64,000 nt of DNA from Gemmatimonadaceae bacterium (GTDB taxonomy: Bacteria; Gemmatimonadota; Gemmatimonadetes; Gemmatimonadales; Gemmatimonadaceae), in assembly GCA_044224875.1 (NCBI GenBank), contig JBGAJQ010000001.1, positions 160,001 to 224,000 of the forward strand. Reading direction: 5' to 3'. Both the position numbers and the translations under genes were made by a program. Position 1 is the stretch's first letter, and each line of letters begins with the position of its first letter. Under the pieces are notes generated by a model. The model was not told where the DNA came from and did no database searches. It saw nothing but the letters and a program-made list of their open reading frames with translations. Below are positions 48,031 to 57,223 of this stretch, piece by piece.

Positions 48031-48770
48031 GGCGCGCTCGCGTGCACCATCCGTCCGCCGGCGCGCGTGAGGTTGGCGTCCGAGAGCTCCGTCAGGCACA
48101 CCAACTCGTCCCCATCTGCATGCCCGGGATTGCGCTCCAGGAAGAATTGCACGTGCGGGTCCCGTTGGCGACCTTCGGGCGGGGATGCCAGGTGTTCACG
48201 CAACCGCTGCGGGTGGGGAAATCGAACTACACCTCGCTCGGCGTCGAAACATGAACCGAAACGAGCCCGCGCCAGATGAAGGAGGAGCCCCGACACGTCC
48301 TCTGGTGTTGCCGCATCATACCGAGGCCAGAATTGCCGCCAAAACACCGGCAGGAAGCGGTAGGTTCGAAATCCCGACGATAGCAGCAACCAGTACCATG
48401 GCACTGTCGCGCATTCTGCCTGCAACTCTCGCACGAGCCGAATCCAGCCACGCGCCAGCGCAGGCGACCCCCACGCTTCGCGCGCCACGATCGTGTCCCC
48501 CGAGTACACGACGCGCATGTGCGACTCTCCGACTCGCGCCTCGTACAGCTGCAACGTCGTAAAGCCCACCAGCTGGTGGCCGTGAAAAATCCGCAAGGCC
48601 CATTCCTTCTCCTCCAGGTCGTTGCGGAATTGCGCTGGTGTCACTCCCTCGAAGTGACATTGGAGCAGGTCGTACATCTCCATACACTCCGCGGGACTCA
48701 AGGCGTCACGGCGCGTCGCGATCGTCTGCGCGGTTCGTGACTCAGCGACTCGGACGGATTCGCTCGTCAC
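48027..48770 (-). CDS. GNAT-like fold protein
   Basis: 'LVGFTT', 'VYSGDTIV..EAWG', 'YWLLLSSGFRTYRFL' fit a GNAT strand order; 4-nt overlaps on both sides. Confidence 0.6.
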   Translation of the reverse strand: MTSESVRVAESRTAQTIATRRDALSPAECMEMYDLLQCHFEGVTPAQFRNDLEEKEWALRIFHGHQLVGFTTLQLYEARVGESHMRVVYSGDTIVAREAWGSPALARGWIRLVRELQAECATVPWYWLLLSSGFRTYRFLPVFWRQFWPRYDAATPEDVSGLLLHLARARFGSCFDAERGVVRFPHPQRLREHLASPPEGRQRDPHVQFFLERNPGHADGDELVCLTELSDANLTRAGGRMVHASAP

Positions 48771-49903
48771 AACAAACCCACTTCCGGACGGAAGAGCCGT
48801 CCATCCCAGTCCTCCCGGACAGGTGTTGCTGCCCCGATGGCAACCTCGAACAACGTGGTGCGATACTCGCGCGGCTTGAGCAGTCGTCGGAGCATCGCAA
48901 GCTCAGGGTCTCGAGCATCCCGGGCGACCGTCAGCCACGACACATCGGCGGCAAGTTCCCGAAGTGCCTGCCACAAAGTCGGCCAGTCGTCGACATTGAC
49001 CGCCGTCGCCGAGAAGAGTGCGCCGACGGAGAGGCGCTGGCCGGGCGCCGGCAGGGTCGGCAGTCCCCGCGTCGCCTGCAGTGCATTGATGAATGGCCGC
49101 GACAGCCGCAACCACCAGCCATATCCGTCAACGAACGTTTGCCGGAACGACTGCTGGTTCCAGACGGCGCCGGCGGCCACGACGCGCCCTTGGCGCCGAA
49201 TCACGGAAAAGTCTGTCGCCTTCACGCCATGATGCTGGAGGGCGTCCCACCGGTCAGCGTTCCACGGCAAGCCCAACTGCACACATGACCCCTGCCGCTG
49301 AAGAAACTCCGTCAGCTCCGACTCTCGTTCCTTGATGAACGCCGGATCCTCCGATGTGGGGCGTTGCCGTTCCACGGCGCGCGTCCGAGGAACTGGAGCG
49401 ACCAATGTGACCAGACGTGAGATCGGACGATACACCGGCAGTCCAAGTCGGCCGCCGTGTTCCAGCACTCGGCGTGCACGGTCGTTGTCATCCGCAATGC
49501 TGGTCACGAACCGTTCCACGCCGAGCACCTCCGTGCATTCGGCGAGGAACGCGTAGCCGTCGCGCAGCAAACGTGGCGACGCCTGAGTACTCGGCGTCAC
49601 CCGCAACTCCCCCAGGTAGCCCACGCGTTGCGGCTGACCGTTGACGAACATCGTCAGGACGCTGCACCGACCCACGGCGACGAGTGCTCCAGCGCGACGC
49701 GCGATGATCGTGACATCGGAGGCCCCGGCGAGTCCCTCGCCGGCGAAGTAGTTCGGTTCGCGGGTAAAGGCGACCCGAACCGCGCCGGGAATCACCGAGT
49801 GACGCAGGAGTGCGCGCACGTCGGCCTCGTCGTCTGCTGTGGCGACGGATAGGGTCGTCCCGTTTGGCCGACTTAGCGTGCGGGTAGCAGTGCTCCCTGC
49901 CAC
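48767..49903 (-). CDS. GNAT-like (probably tandem-GNAT) acyltransferase
   Basis: GTG 49903 with GGAG; 'AT..DE..VRALL', 'REPNYF', 'VNGQPQRVGYLGELRV', 'TSIADDN..ARR'. The longer ORF to 50458 is a shadow of the upstream gene. Confidence 0.6.
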   Translation of the reverse strand: MAGSTATRTLSRPNGTTLSVATADDEADVRALLRHSVIPGAVRVAFTREPNYFAGEGLAGASDVTIIARRAGALVAVGRCSVLTMFVNGQPQRVGYLGELRVTPSTQASPRLLRDGYAFLAECTEVLGVERFVTSIADDNDRARRVLEHGGRLGLPVYRPISRLVTLVAPVPRTRAVERQRPTSEDPAFIKERESELTEFLQRQGSCVQLGLPWNADRWDALQHHGVKATDFSVIRRQGRVVAAGAVWNQQSFRQTFVDGYGWWLRLSRPFINALQATRGLPTLPAPGQRLSVGALFSATAVNVDDWPTLWQALRELAADVSWLTVARDARDPELAMLRRLLKPREYRTTLFEVAIGAATPVREDWDGRLFRPEVGLL

Positions 49904-51237
49904 GCCTGGTCTCCAAGAGGATAGTGATCGCGAAGGCTCACGTCGTCGCGATGCATGGCGTTGATGAGATAGAAATTCCGCCACATGAACGCATTGCTGC
50001 GATTGACAGCGTGCAGCCCGCGGCGCAGGATGCTTGGCCATCCATAGAAGCGTCGTCGTGCGGAGAGGCACGCTCGCTGCAACTCGTCTGCACTCATGCC
50101 GCGCGGATGGAAGGGAATGCGATTGTAGCTGTACCGTTCGTCGAGCCACCAGGCGTCGTACAACAGGCGCCCCTCGCGCTCGAGGCGCTGATACAACGGC
50201 GTGCCAGGAAACGGCGTCAGGTGATTGAAGGCCGCGATATACAGTCCATGCGATTCCGCGAAGTCGACCGTTGGGTTGAAGCTGTCGGGCGTGTCCCCAT
50301 CGTACCCGAAAATGAATGTCCCGTACACCCGTATGCGATGGCGGCGCAGGTTCGCCAGCGCACCCTCGAACCCACCCTTCGCCGTGTTGAAGCGCTTGTT
50401 CATCGCGTCCAGATTGGCGGGGTTCAAGCTCTCGAATCCGATGAGCACTCCCTGACACCCACTCCGCACCAGCAGATCGAGAAACTCCTCATCGTGGGCG
50501 GCGTTTATGCTGGCTTGACTGACCCATCGCACGCCAACGGGGATGAGGGCGCGAAAGAACTCCTTCGCCTGTCGCAGGTTCGACGTGATGTTATCGTCGA
50601 CAAAGAAGAACAACTTGCGCGAATCCTTCAGTGCGCGGATCTCGTCGAGGATCTGGTCGATCGGCCGGCGGGTTTGCGTAGAGTCGAATACGGTCTGCAC
50701 CGCGCAGAACTCACATTGGAAATGACATCCGCGCCCCGCCTCGACGAGCCCGATCGGCAAGTACCGCTTTCCCTGGAAGATTGACCGATCTGGGCGCAGC
50801 CCGTCCAACGATGGTCGGCCGGACGCGCGATAGAACTCCTGCAGCCGCCCATGCCGCGCATCGTCGACCACCGTCGGCCACAACTTCTCGGCTTCACCAA
50901 CAACCACGGACTCGGCGTACCGGCTGACCTCATCCGGGCACAAGGCCGCATGAAATCCGCCCATCACCACCGGGACGCGCCTGCGCCGGTACTCGCTGGC
51001 AATCTGGTACGCGCGCTTAGCCGTGTACGTCTCGACGCTGATCGCCACGAGGTCCGTCGGCTCGTCGAATGGGATCTCCTCCATGCGGTCATCGTAAAAC
51101 GCAACGTCAACGTCCTTCGGCGTAAGCCCCGCAAGGGTGGCCGCGGGGAGCGGTTCCATCTGCCACGTGCGAATGTACTTCTGGCCCGGACGGCGGCCGA
51201 TGCACGGATGCACGATGGTCACCCGCATGCGCTTCAT
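49873..51237 (-). CDS. Cobalamin-binding-domain radical SAM enzyme 2
   Basis: B12 domain 'VVMGGFH', 'VVGEAE'; CxxxCxxC 'GRGCHFQCEFC'; 'FFVDDN', 'IGFES', 'TPFPGT'. Confidence 0.92.
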   Translation of the reverse strand: MKRMRVTIVHPCIGRRPGQKYIRTWQMEPLPAATLAGLTPKDVDVAFYDDRMEEIPFDEPTDLVAISVETYTAKRAYQIASEYRRRRVPVVMGGFHAALCPDEVSRYAESVVVGEAEKLWPTVVDDARHGRLQEFYRASGRPSLDGLRPDRSIFQGKRYLPIGLVEAGRGCHFQCEFCAVQTVFDSTQTRRPIDQILDEIRALKDSRKLFFFVDDNITSNLRQAKEFFRALIPVGVRWVSQASINAAHDEEFLDLLVRSGCQGVLIGFESLNPANLDAMNKRFNTAKGGFEGALANLRRHRIRVYGTFIFGYDGDTPDSFNPTVDFAESHGLYIAAFNHLTPFPGTPLYQRLEREGRLLYDAWWLDERYSYNRIPFHPRGMSADELQRACLSARRRFYGWPSILRRGLHAVNRSNAFMWRNFYLINAMHRDDVSLRDHYPLGDQAWQGALLPAR

Positions 51238-52721
51238 CGGGCCGCGGGAACGCGGTCGTCGGCCGTTGTCGCCGAGGCGTCTCTATGCGGCGATTTCGTG
51301 CGTCCAATGATCCAATCGCAGTTGTAGAAGCGCGATAGGTTGTTCGCGTAAAAGCGGTAGCCAATGTTCGTTCCGAGACGAACTGGCCATGGAGCTGGCG
51401 AGGCTCGCAAGCGCCGCCAGATAGAGGAGTAACTGTAGGCATGGCGCCAGGCCGCCTCGATGCCCTCTTGCAGCTGTTGCACGCTCATATGGCGCGGTTG
51501 GAACACCACGTGCTGCCCGTCGTACAGTTCCCAGTCTCGCGTGAGGATTCGTCCCTCCGCATTCAAGCGATGGTAAAGGGGCGTGTTTGGGAACGGCGTG
51601 ACGACCGCGAAACGAGGGAGGTCGATCTTGGCCTGGACCGCGAACTCGGCGGTCTTGAGAAAGACATCCGGATGATCGTCGTCCAAGCCAAACACAAAGC
51701 ACCCTTGGAGTGCGATCCCGTGGGCGTGGAGTCGCTCCACGACGGTGGCGAATTTCTCCGGGCTGTTGAATCCCTTCCGCGTTCCTTTCAGGTTGGTCGT
51801 CGACATGGACTCCAAACCCATGAGGAGTCCTTTGCATCCGCTGCGCCCAGCCAGCTCCAACAGATCAGGATCATCCGCCAGCAGCACGGTGGAAAGGCCA
51901 TACCACTGCACCCCGAGTGGCACGAGTGCCGCAAAGAGCTGGCGCGCGTAGGTGCGATCGGAAATCAGGTTCAGGTCGACGAAGATCAACTTCTTCGCAC
52001 CATGTTGCCGGATGTCGGCGACCACTTCATCGACCGGCTTCTGCAACTGATGACGCCCCCATGCGGTGGGGACGACACAGAACTCACAGGCATGTGCACA
52101 GCCACGGGTCGCCTCGAACACGTTGTTCGTCAGAAAATGCTGGCTGGGCAGCAAGTCCCGCCGAGGAAATGGACGACCCGCCAGGTCCAAACCGGGTGAC
52201 TGCGCGTAACGCGGTTGCAGCGTGCCGCACGCGACATCTCGCAGCAACTGCGGCCAGCTATCCTCGGCGTATCCGACGACGACCGCGTCGGCGTGCGGCT
52301 GGGCGTCGTCCGGAATCAGCGTCACGTGCGGCCCACCGAGCACGACGATGACTCCGCGCTTTCGATAGTGATCCGCCAGCTCATAGGCACGGCGCGCCGT
52401 TCCCGTGATGACCGTCAATCCGACGACATCGGCCTGCAGGTTCATCGGAACGTCGGCGATTCCCTCGTCGTACAACACGACCTCATGTGGCAGGTCGCGA
52501 GGGATCAGGGACGCCAGCGTCGTCAGCGTGAGCGGCTGGTAGCGGAGCGACTTCTTCCAGATCCCCCCTCGATGACGGTAGAGGGGCCCCTTCGGGGAGA
52601 TCAACGCGATCCTGAGCGGCCGTGCGATAGAAATGGGGGCGTCTGGTAGCGGCACCTGTGCTCTCCACACGAGGGGGCGTCGGATCGATTCTACCGGTTG
52701 TACCACGCGTGGCAAGGGCAC
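51234..52721 (-). CDS. Cobalamin-binding-domain radical SAM enzyme 1
   Basis: B12 domain 'VVLGGPHVT', 'VVGYAE'; 'TRGCAHACEFC'; 'IFVDLN', 'MGLES', 'TPFPNT'. Confidence 0.92.
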   Translation of the reverse strand: MPLPRVVQPVESIRRPLVWRAQVPLPDAPISIARPLRIALISPKGPLYRHRGGIWKKSLRYQPLTLTTLASLIPRDLPHEVVLYDEGIADVPMNLQADVVGLTVITGTARRAYELADHYRKRGVIVVLGGPHVTLIPDDAQPHADAVVVGYAEDSWPQLLRDVACGTLQPRYAQSPGLDLAGRPFPRRDLLPSQHFLTNNVFEATRGCAHACEFCVVPTAWGRHQLQKPVDEVVADIRQHGAKKLIFVDLNLISDRTYARQLFAALVPLGVQWYGLSTVLLADDPDLLELAGRSGCKGLLMGLESMSTTNLKGTRKGFNSPEKFATVVERLHAHGIALQGCFVFGLDDDHPDVFLKTAEFAVQAKIDLPRFAVVTPFPNTPLYHRLNAEGRILTRDWELYDGQHVVFQPRHMSVQQLQEGIEAAWRHAYSYSSIWRRLRASPAPWPVRLGTNIGYRFYANNLSRFYNCDWIIGRTKSPHRDASATTADDRVPAAR

Positions 52722-52901
52722 GCCACGCCGAGGATCCGGATGTGATCCCGATGCTACACGACGATGGGGAGAGTGTTTCCTGCATCACGCGGAGTACCGC
52801 GGCGGCGTCGGAAGCCTAACGATTACTCGATGGCGTCGCCGGGTGACCATGCCCCCTGGGCGCTGCACACACTGGCCACTCACGGACCGGGGGGCGCCAC
52901 A

Positions 52902-52931
52902 CGTCGGGCAACGAGGGTCCGTTGCCCGACG
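52902..52931 (-). terminator. Hairpin downstream of the S8/glycine-zipper genes
   Basis: CGTCGGGCAACG-N6-CGTTGCCCGACG, perfect 12-bp stem. Confidence 0.55.
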
Positions 52932-52948
52932 GGCTCGGGCCAGCGACG

Positions 52949-53398
52949 CTAGCGCACCGGTGTCAACAGCAACGCGATCAACGCGCCGACGGCCGCACCA
53001 CCCAACGGGGCGATCACCATGCCCACCGAGAGCATACAGTCACCGTTGCAGGTGGCGGCGGCAAGTACGCCACCGGCAGCTGCACCAATGCCAGCACCGA
53101 TCAACACATTGCGCCCGCGATGCGAGCTCCCCGGTTCAAACGCCGGCTCCAGAGCGTTCATCGTCCACGACGCCACCGCCGCTTCATCGGCGAGCCGCAA
53201 CGCTGGCCGGAACGAACCGCGCGGAATCGTTGGCCCCACTGCCGCTGGTGCTGATGCTTGTCGTGCATCGGCGCTGGTGGTCGTTGCCCCGGTCGCGCTC
53301 CTGAGCGGTCCGGGATCGGTCGGTGAGTTCTGTGCGCGAACCACAGATGCCGACGCCACGACCGCAACGACCAGGATCCGCACGCAAAGGGTGTTCAT
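52949..53398 (-). CDS. Hypothetical secreted protein with C-terminal glycine-zipper hairpin
   Basis: Signal peptide ending 'VRA'; 'LIGAGIGAAAGGVL...CNGDC...LGGAAVGALIA'. Confidence 0.65.
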   Translation of the reverse strand: MNTLCVRILVVAVVASASVVRAQNSPTDPGPLRSATGATTTSADARQASAPAAVGPTIPRGSFRPALRLADEAAVASWTMNALEPAFEPGSSHRGRNVLIGAGIGAAAGGVLAAATCNGDCMLSVGMVIAPLGGAAVGALIALLLTPVR

Positions 53399-53402
53399 GG
53401 GT

Positions 53403-55133
53403 TCACCAGCAGGTTGGACAGTTATAGGGATCCCGCACCAACACGTTCTTGGAGACGGTGCGGCTGGAGCCATCACTATTATCTCGCACCGTCACACTGA
53501 GAGTGAGCGTGTACTCCTGCATTCCCGGCGTAACGGTCAGCGCCCGCGAAATCGTTGGCGTTACTTCACCTGTGCTCCATTGATACGAGACGTTCCAGCT
53601 GGGGGCCGCCGCTTGCCAGGCCGTCCAGCTATACGTTCGCGTCCCATAGGTTTGCACGAGGTCCGTGCCCTTGATTCCCGTCGCACACACGGCGTCCACC
53701 ACACACAGTGCATTGGGCGATCCCCAGCCAATGACCGGGCTCCGATACCCGGTCGGTGCTGCGGCATATGAGAGCGACGTGAGGAGTTGGTCGCGGGTGT
53801 AACTGGGGTGTAGCGAGAGGGCCAGCGCCGAGAGACCCGCCAACACACCCACGGCGTTCGACGACCCGGCGAACCCCGCCAGCTGCGTTCCGAGACTCGC
53901 CAGTCCGGAAACTGGTTGGTCCGCGTACGCGGCGAAGTCGACGGCGGGCCCATAATGCGCGTTACAGGCAATCGCCCCGCTCTTGTCCAGCGCCGTCACG
54001 GTTGTCACCGTAGGCTCGCTGCCCGGGAAGGTGACCGTGCCTCGCAGTGGATCCCAGCACGTACTCGTACCTGCCGCCGCCAGCAGCAACTTGTCGTTCG
54101 CATACCAGTACGACAACTCGTCCGAAATCGTCTGGTAAAAGCCGATGGTACCGAAGGCCATCGCCACGATCTTGGCGCGCTGCGCGGCCCAACGGATCCC
54201 GTCGCGCGTTGCCGATACGTTCGACAGGTACACGTCATCGTCCACGCGAACGGTGTACAGGTTTGCGGCCCACGCGACACCCAGGATGGCCTTGCCGTTC
54301 CGCGGACTGCCAATGACGCTCGCCATCCGCGTTCCGTGACCACAGTCGTCTTGCCAGACGTACGGACCCTTGGCGTAGCTGGCGGCAGCCTTCACGAAGG
54401 TCCTCCCACCGCTCATCCCGGTGGCGAAGTCCTGGTTCAACTCCGGCTGATAGTAGTCCAACCCAGTGTCCACGATGCCCACGGTAACACCCGCGCCACC
54501 GGGAACACGGCCCCATGCCGCCGGAATGTTCATCAGGTTGTAGTTCCACGGCACCAAGTCGCCCGGGGAGATGATCGTGTTCCCCGTCGGCCCAGCGTAA
54601 CCTCCGACCGAACACCCGGATTCAAGGGACATCCAAAGCGTTTCGCGATTGCGGTCGACAAAGGACCCGGGTTCCACAAAGGACACGTGCGCATTGCCAC
54701 GAAGGGCGTGAAGCGCCTGAATGCTCCCCACACGCACGCGCAGGTTTGGCAGGAGCGTATCCGCCGCAACGAGGGACACGTCGGCCACTCGTTCAACGGC
54801 CTTCTGGGCCAGATCGCGCTCTTCACGCGACAACAGCACGCGCCCGTTCGCCATGCCATGAGGCAGCCCCGGGCGCCTCAATCCCACCTGCGCAAAACGG
54901 TTCGACTTCGTGATCTCCTTCCACAACTCGCTGTCCGATACCTCACTCCAGTGCACAAGCCCGTCTCGAGACTGGTTGAGGCTGACGGAAGCGGACGGTG
55001 GCGGGGTGTTGCTCGATTCGGGCCGACCAGCCGGGACGACGGGGTCGTCGCCACAGGCGATGAGCGCGAAGCTGCCGGCACCAGCGAGCGCGAGCCGGCG
55101 GATGGAGATGGACGTACTGCGTGGAAGTATCAT
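53403..55133 (-). CDS. S8 (subtilisin-like) serine peptidase, lipoprotein
   Basis: Lipobox 'ALIAC'; Asp 'GIVDTG', His 'GHGTRMA', Ser 'AGSSNA'; C-terminal PKD-like domain. Confidence 0.88.
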   Translation of the reverse strand: MILPRSTSISIRRLALAGAGSFALIACGDDPVVPAGRPESSNTPPPSASVSLNQSRDGLVHWSEVSDSELWKEITKSNRFAQVGLRRPGLPHGMANGRVLLSREERDLAQKAVERVADVSLVAADTLLPNLRVRVGSIQALHALRGNAHVSFVEPGSFVDRNRETLWMSLESGCSVGGYAGPTGNTIISPGDLVPWNYNLMNIPAAWGRVPGGAGVTVGIVDTGLDYYQPELNQDFATGMSGGRTFVKAAASYAKGPYVWQDDCGHGTRMASVIGSPRNGKAILGVAWAANLYTVRVDDDVYLSNVSATRDGIRWAAQRAKIVAMAFGTIGFYQTISDELSYWYANDKLLLAAAGTSTCWDPLRGTVTFPGSEPTVTTVTALDKSGAIACNAHYGPAVDFAAYADQPVSGLASLGTQLAGFAGSSNAVGVLAGLSALALSLHPSYTRDQLLTSLSYAAAPTGYRSPVIGWGSPNALCVVDAVCATGIKGTDLVQTYGTRTYSWTAWQAAAPSWNVSYQWSTGEVTPTISRALTVTPGMQEYTLTLSVTVRDNSDGSSRTVSKNVLVRDPYNCPTCW

Positions 55134-55452
55134 TGCTGCACCTCTGTGGTAGTGGTGGTGCAGCCGCCGGCTCGACTGCGTGATACGAATTCCACGTACC
55201 ACGTGATGAGGTGCATGACCGATTCATCGCGCCGAGCATCCCGGCATTGCAGTTCGGGGTGATCGTTCGCCACTCGGTCGTGGCATCGCGCGGGTGACGT
55301 CATGTGCAGCGACTCGCAGCTGACTCGTGCCGAGCGACGAGTGGACGCGCGAACGAGGGAGTACGGGCACCGCGTGCCAAGCGGTGCGATGCCGGCGGCG
55401 TTAGATTGCCTCCCCGCCCGCTGAACATTCCCCTCGCACCCGATTCCCCGCC

Positions 55453-57129
55453 GTGGCTCCACAGTTCATTTACGTCATGAAGGGCCTGACGAAGGTCGTT
55501 CCGCCTTCCCGGGTCATCCTGAACGACATCTGGCTCTCGTTCTATCCCGGCGCCAAAATCGGCGTCCTTGGCGCCAATGGCGCCGGCAAGTCATCGCTGC
55601 TTCGCATCATGGCCGGCCTCGATCACGACTACAACGGCGAAGCATGGGCCGCGCAAGGCACACGGGTCGGTTTCCTCCCACAGGAACCGCAGCTCGATGC
55701 GGTGCTGGACGTACGTGGGAACGTCGAACTCGCCGTGAAGGACCAACGCGCCCTGCTCGACAGGTTCAACGCCATCTCCATGGCGTTCGGTGAGCCAATG
55801 AGCGACGACCAGATGCAGAAGCTCCTCGACGAACAGTCACGCGTGCAAGAGCGCATCGACGCACTGGACCTCTGGAACCTCGACAACAAGATCGAGGTCG
55901 CCATGGATGCCCTTCGCCTCCCACCCGCCGACGCCGACGTCACCAGGCTCTCCGGCGGCGAACGACGGCGTGTCGCACTCTGTCGCATCCTGCTCGAACA
56001 GCCTGACATGTTGCTGCTGGACGAACCCACCAACCACCTGGATGCCGAGTCGGTGGCCTGGCTCGAACACCACTTGGCAGAATTTCCAGGAACCGTGGTC
56101 GCCATTACGCATGACCGGTACTTCCTCGACAACGTCGCCAAGTGGATCCTCGAGCTGGATCGCGGCAGTGGCATCCCGTACGAAGGCAATTACTCCAGCT
56201 GGCTGGACCAGAAGCGCACTCGCATGGCGCAGGAGGAGAAAATCGCCAGCGCTCGCCAACGGACGCTCGAACGCGAACTCGAATGGGTGCGTATGGCGCC
56301 CCGCGCTCGGCAGGCCAAGAACAAGGCGCGCATTCAGAAGTACGAAGAACTGGCCAGTGAGCAGCAGCAGGAACGTGTCACGCAGAACGAGATCATCATT
56401 CCGCCGGCACCACGCCTTGGAAACGACGTGGTGATCGCCGACAAGTTGAAGAAGGGGTATGGTGACAACCTACTCTTCGACAATGTCACCTTCTCGCTGC
56501 CGCGTGGCGGCATCGTGGGGATCATTGGACCGAACGGCGCCGGCAAGACGACACTCTTCCGGCTGATCACGGGCACCGAGAAACCAGATGGCGGCAGCCT
56601 GAAGGTTGGTGAGACCGTCTCTATTTCGTATGGGGATCAATCACGCACACTGGACGGCAAGCGAACGTTGTACGAGGAACTCTCCGGTGGACAAGAGACC
56701 CTGACGATCGGGAAGCGCGAAATCAATGCGCGTGCCTATTGTGCGTCGTTTGGCTTCAAGGGTTCCGATCAGCAGAAGCTCACCGCCAACCTTTCCGGAG
56801 GCGAACGAAACCGGTTGCACCTGGCGAAGACCCTCCTCACCGGCGGCAACCTGCTGCTGCTGGACGAACCCACCAACGACCTGGACGTCGACACCCTCCG
56901 TGCGCTCGAGGACGCCGTCCTCGACTTCGCCGGATGTGCCGTGATCATCTCGCACGATCGCTGGTTCCTGGACCGCGTCGCAACCCACATCCTCGCCTTC
57001 GAGGGTGACTCCGAAGTCGTGTGGTTCGAAGGGAACTACGAGGCCTATATCGAGGACTTGAAACGTCGGAAAGGCCCGGACGCCGACCAGCCGCACCGCA
57101 TCAAGTACAAGAAGCTCGTGCGTTCGTAA
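55453..57129 (+). CDS. ettA: Energy-dependent translational throttle protein EttA (ABC-F)
   Basis: 'QFIY.M....K.VPP...IL.DI.LSFYPGAKIG', two ABC cassettes, 'ELEWVR..PRARQAK', ends 'PHRIKYKKL'. Confidence 0.95.
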   Translation: MAPQFIYVMKGLTKVVPPSRVILNDIWLSFYPGAKIGVLGANGAGKSSLLRIMAGLDHDYNGEAWAAQGTRVGFLPQEPQLDAVLDVRGNVELAVKDQRALLDRFNAISMAFGEPMSDDQMQKLLDEQSRVQERIDALDLWNLDNKIEVAMDALRLPPADADVTRLSGGERRRVALCRILLEQPDMLLLDEPTNHLDAESVAWLEHHLAEFPGTVVAITHDRYFLDNVAKWILELDRGSGIPYEGNYSSWLDQKRTRMAQEEKIASARQRTLERELEWVRMAPRARQAKNKARIQKYEELASEQQQERVTQNEIIIPPAPRLGNDVVIADKLKKGYGDNLLFDNVTFSLPRGGIVGIIGPNGAGKTTLFRLITGTEKPDGGSLKVGETVSISYGDQSRTLDGKRTLYEELSGGQETLTIGKREINARAYCASFGFKGSDQQKLTANLSGGERNRLHLAKTLLTGGNLLLLDEPTNDLDVDTLRALEDAVLDFAGCAVIISHDRWFLDRVATHILAFEGDSEVVWFEGNYEAYIEDLKRRKGPDADQPHRIKYKKLVRS

Positions 57130-57223
57130 GCCACCGGTCCTTGTCTTCTACCTTGTGTTGGTCTCAGCGACGTCGTAGCCTCTGATGTCGGCACTCGCTC
57201 CGCATTTCATCCAAGGAAGATCC

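Noticed and set aside
52722..52948. Cobalamin riboswitch upstream of the B12-dependent enzymes
   Set aside because: No recognisable B12-box or conserved core on the minus strand. An Infernal/Rfam scan would settle it.
52949..55133. S8 peptidase plus small protein as RiPP protease and precursor for the radical SAM operon
   Set aside because: The small protein has a Sec signal rather than a leader/core design, no RRE or SPASM domain is seen in the radical SAM enzymes, and a strong hairpin separates the units. Not fully excluded.
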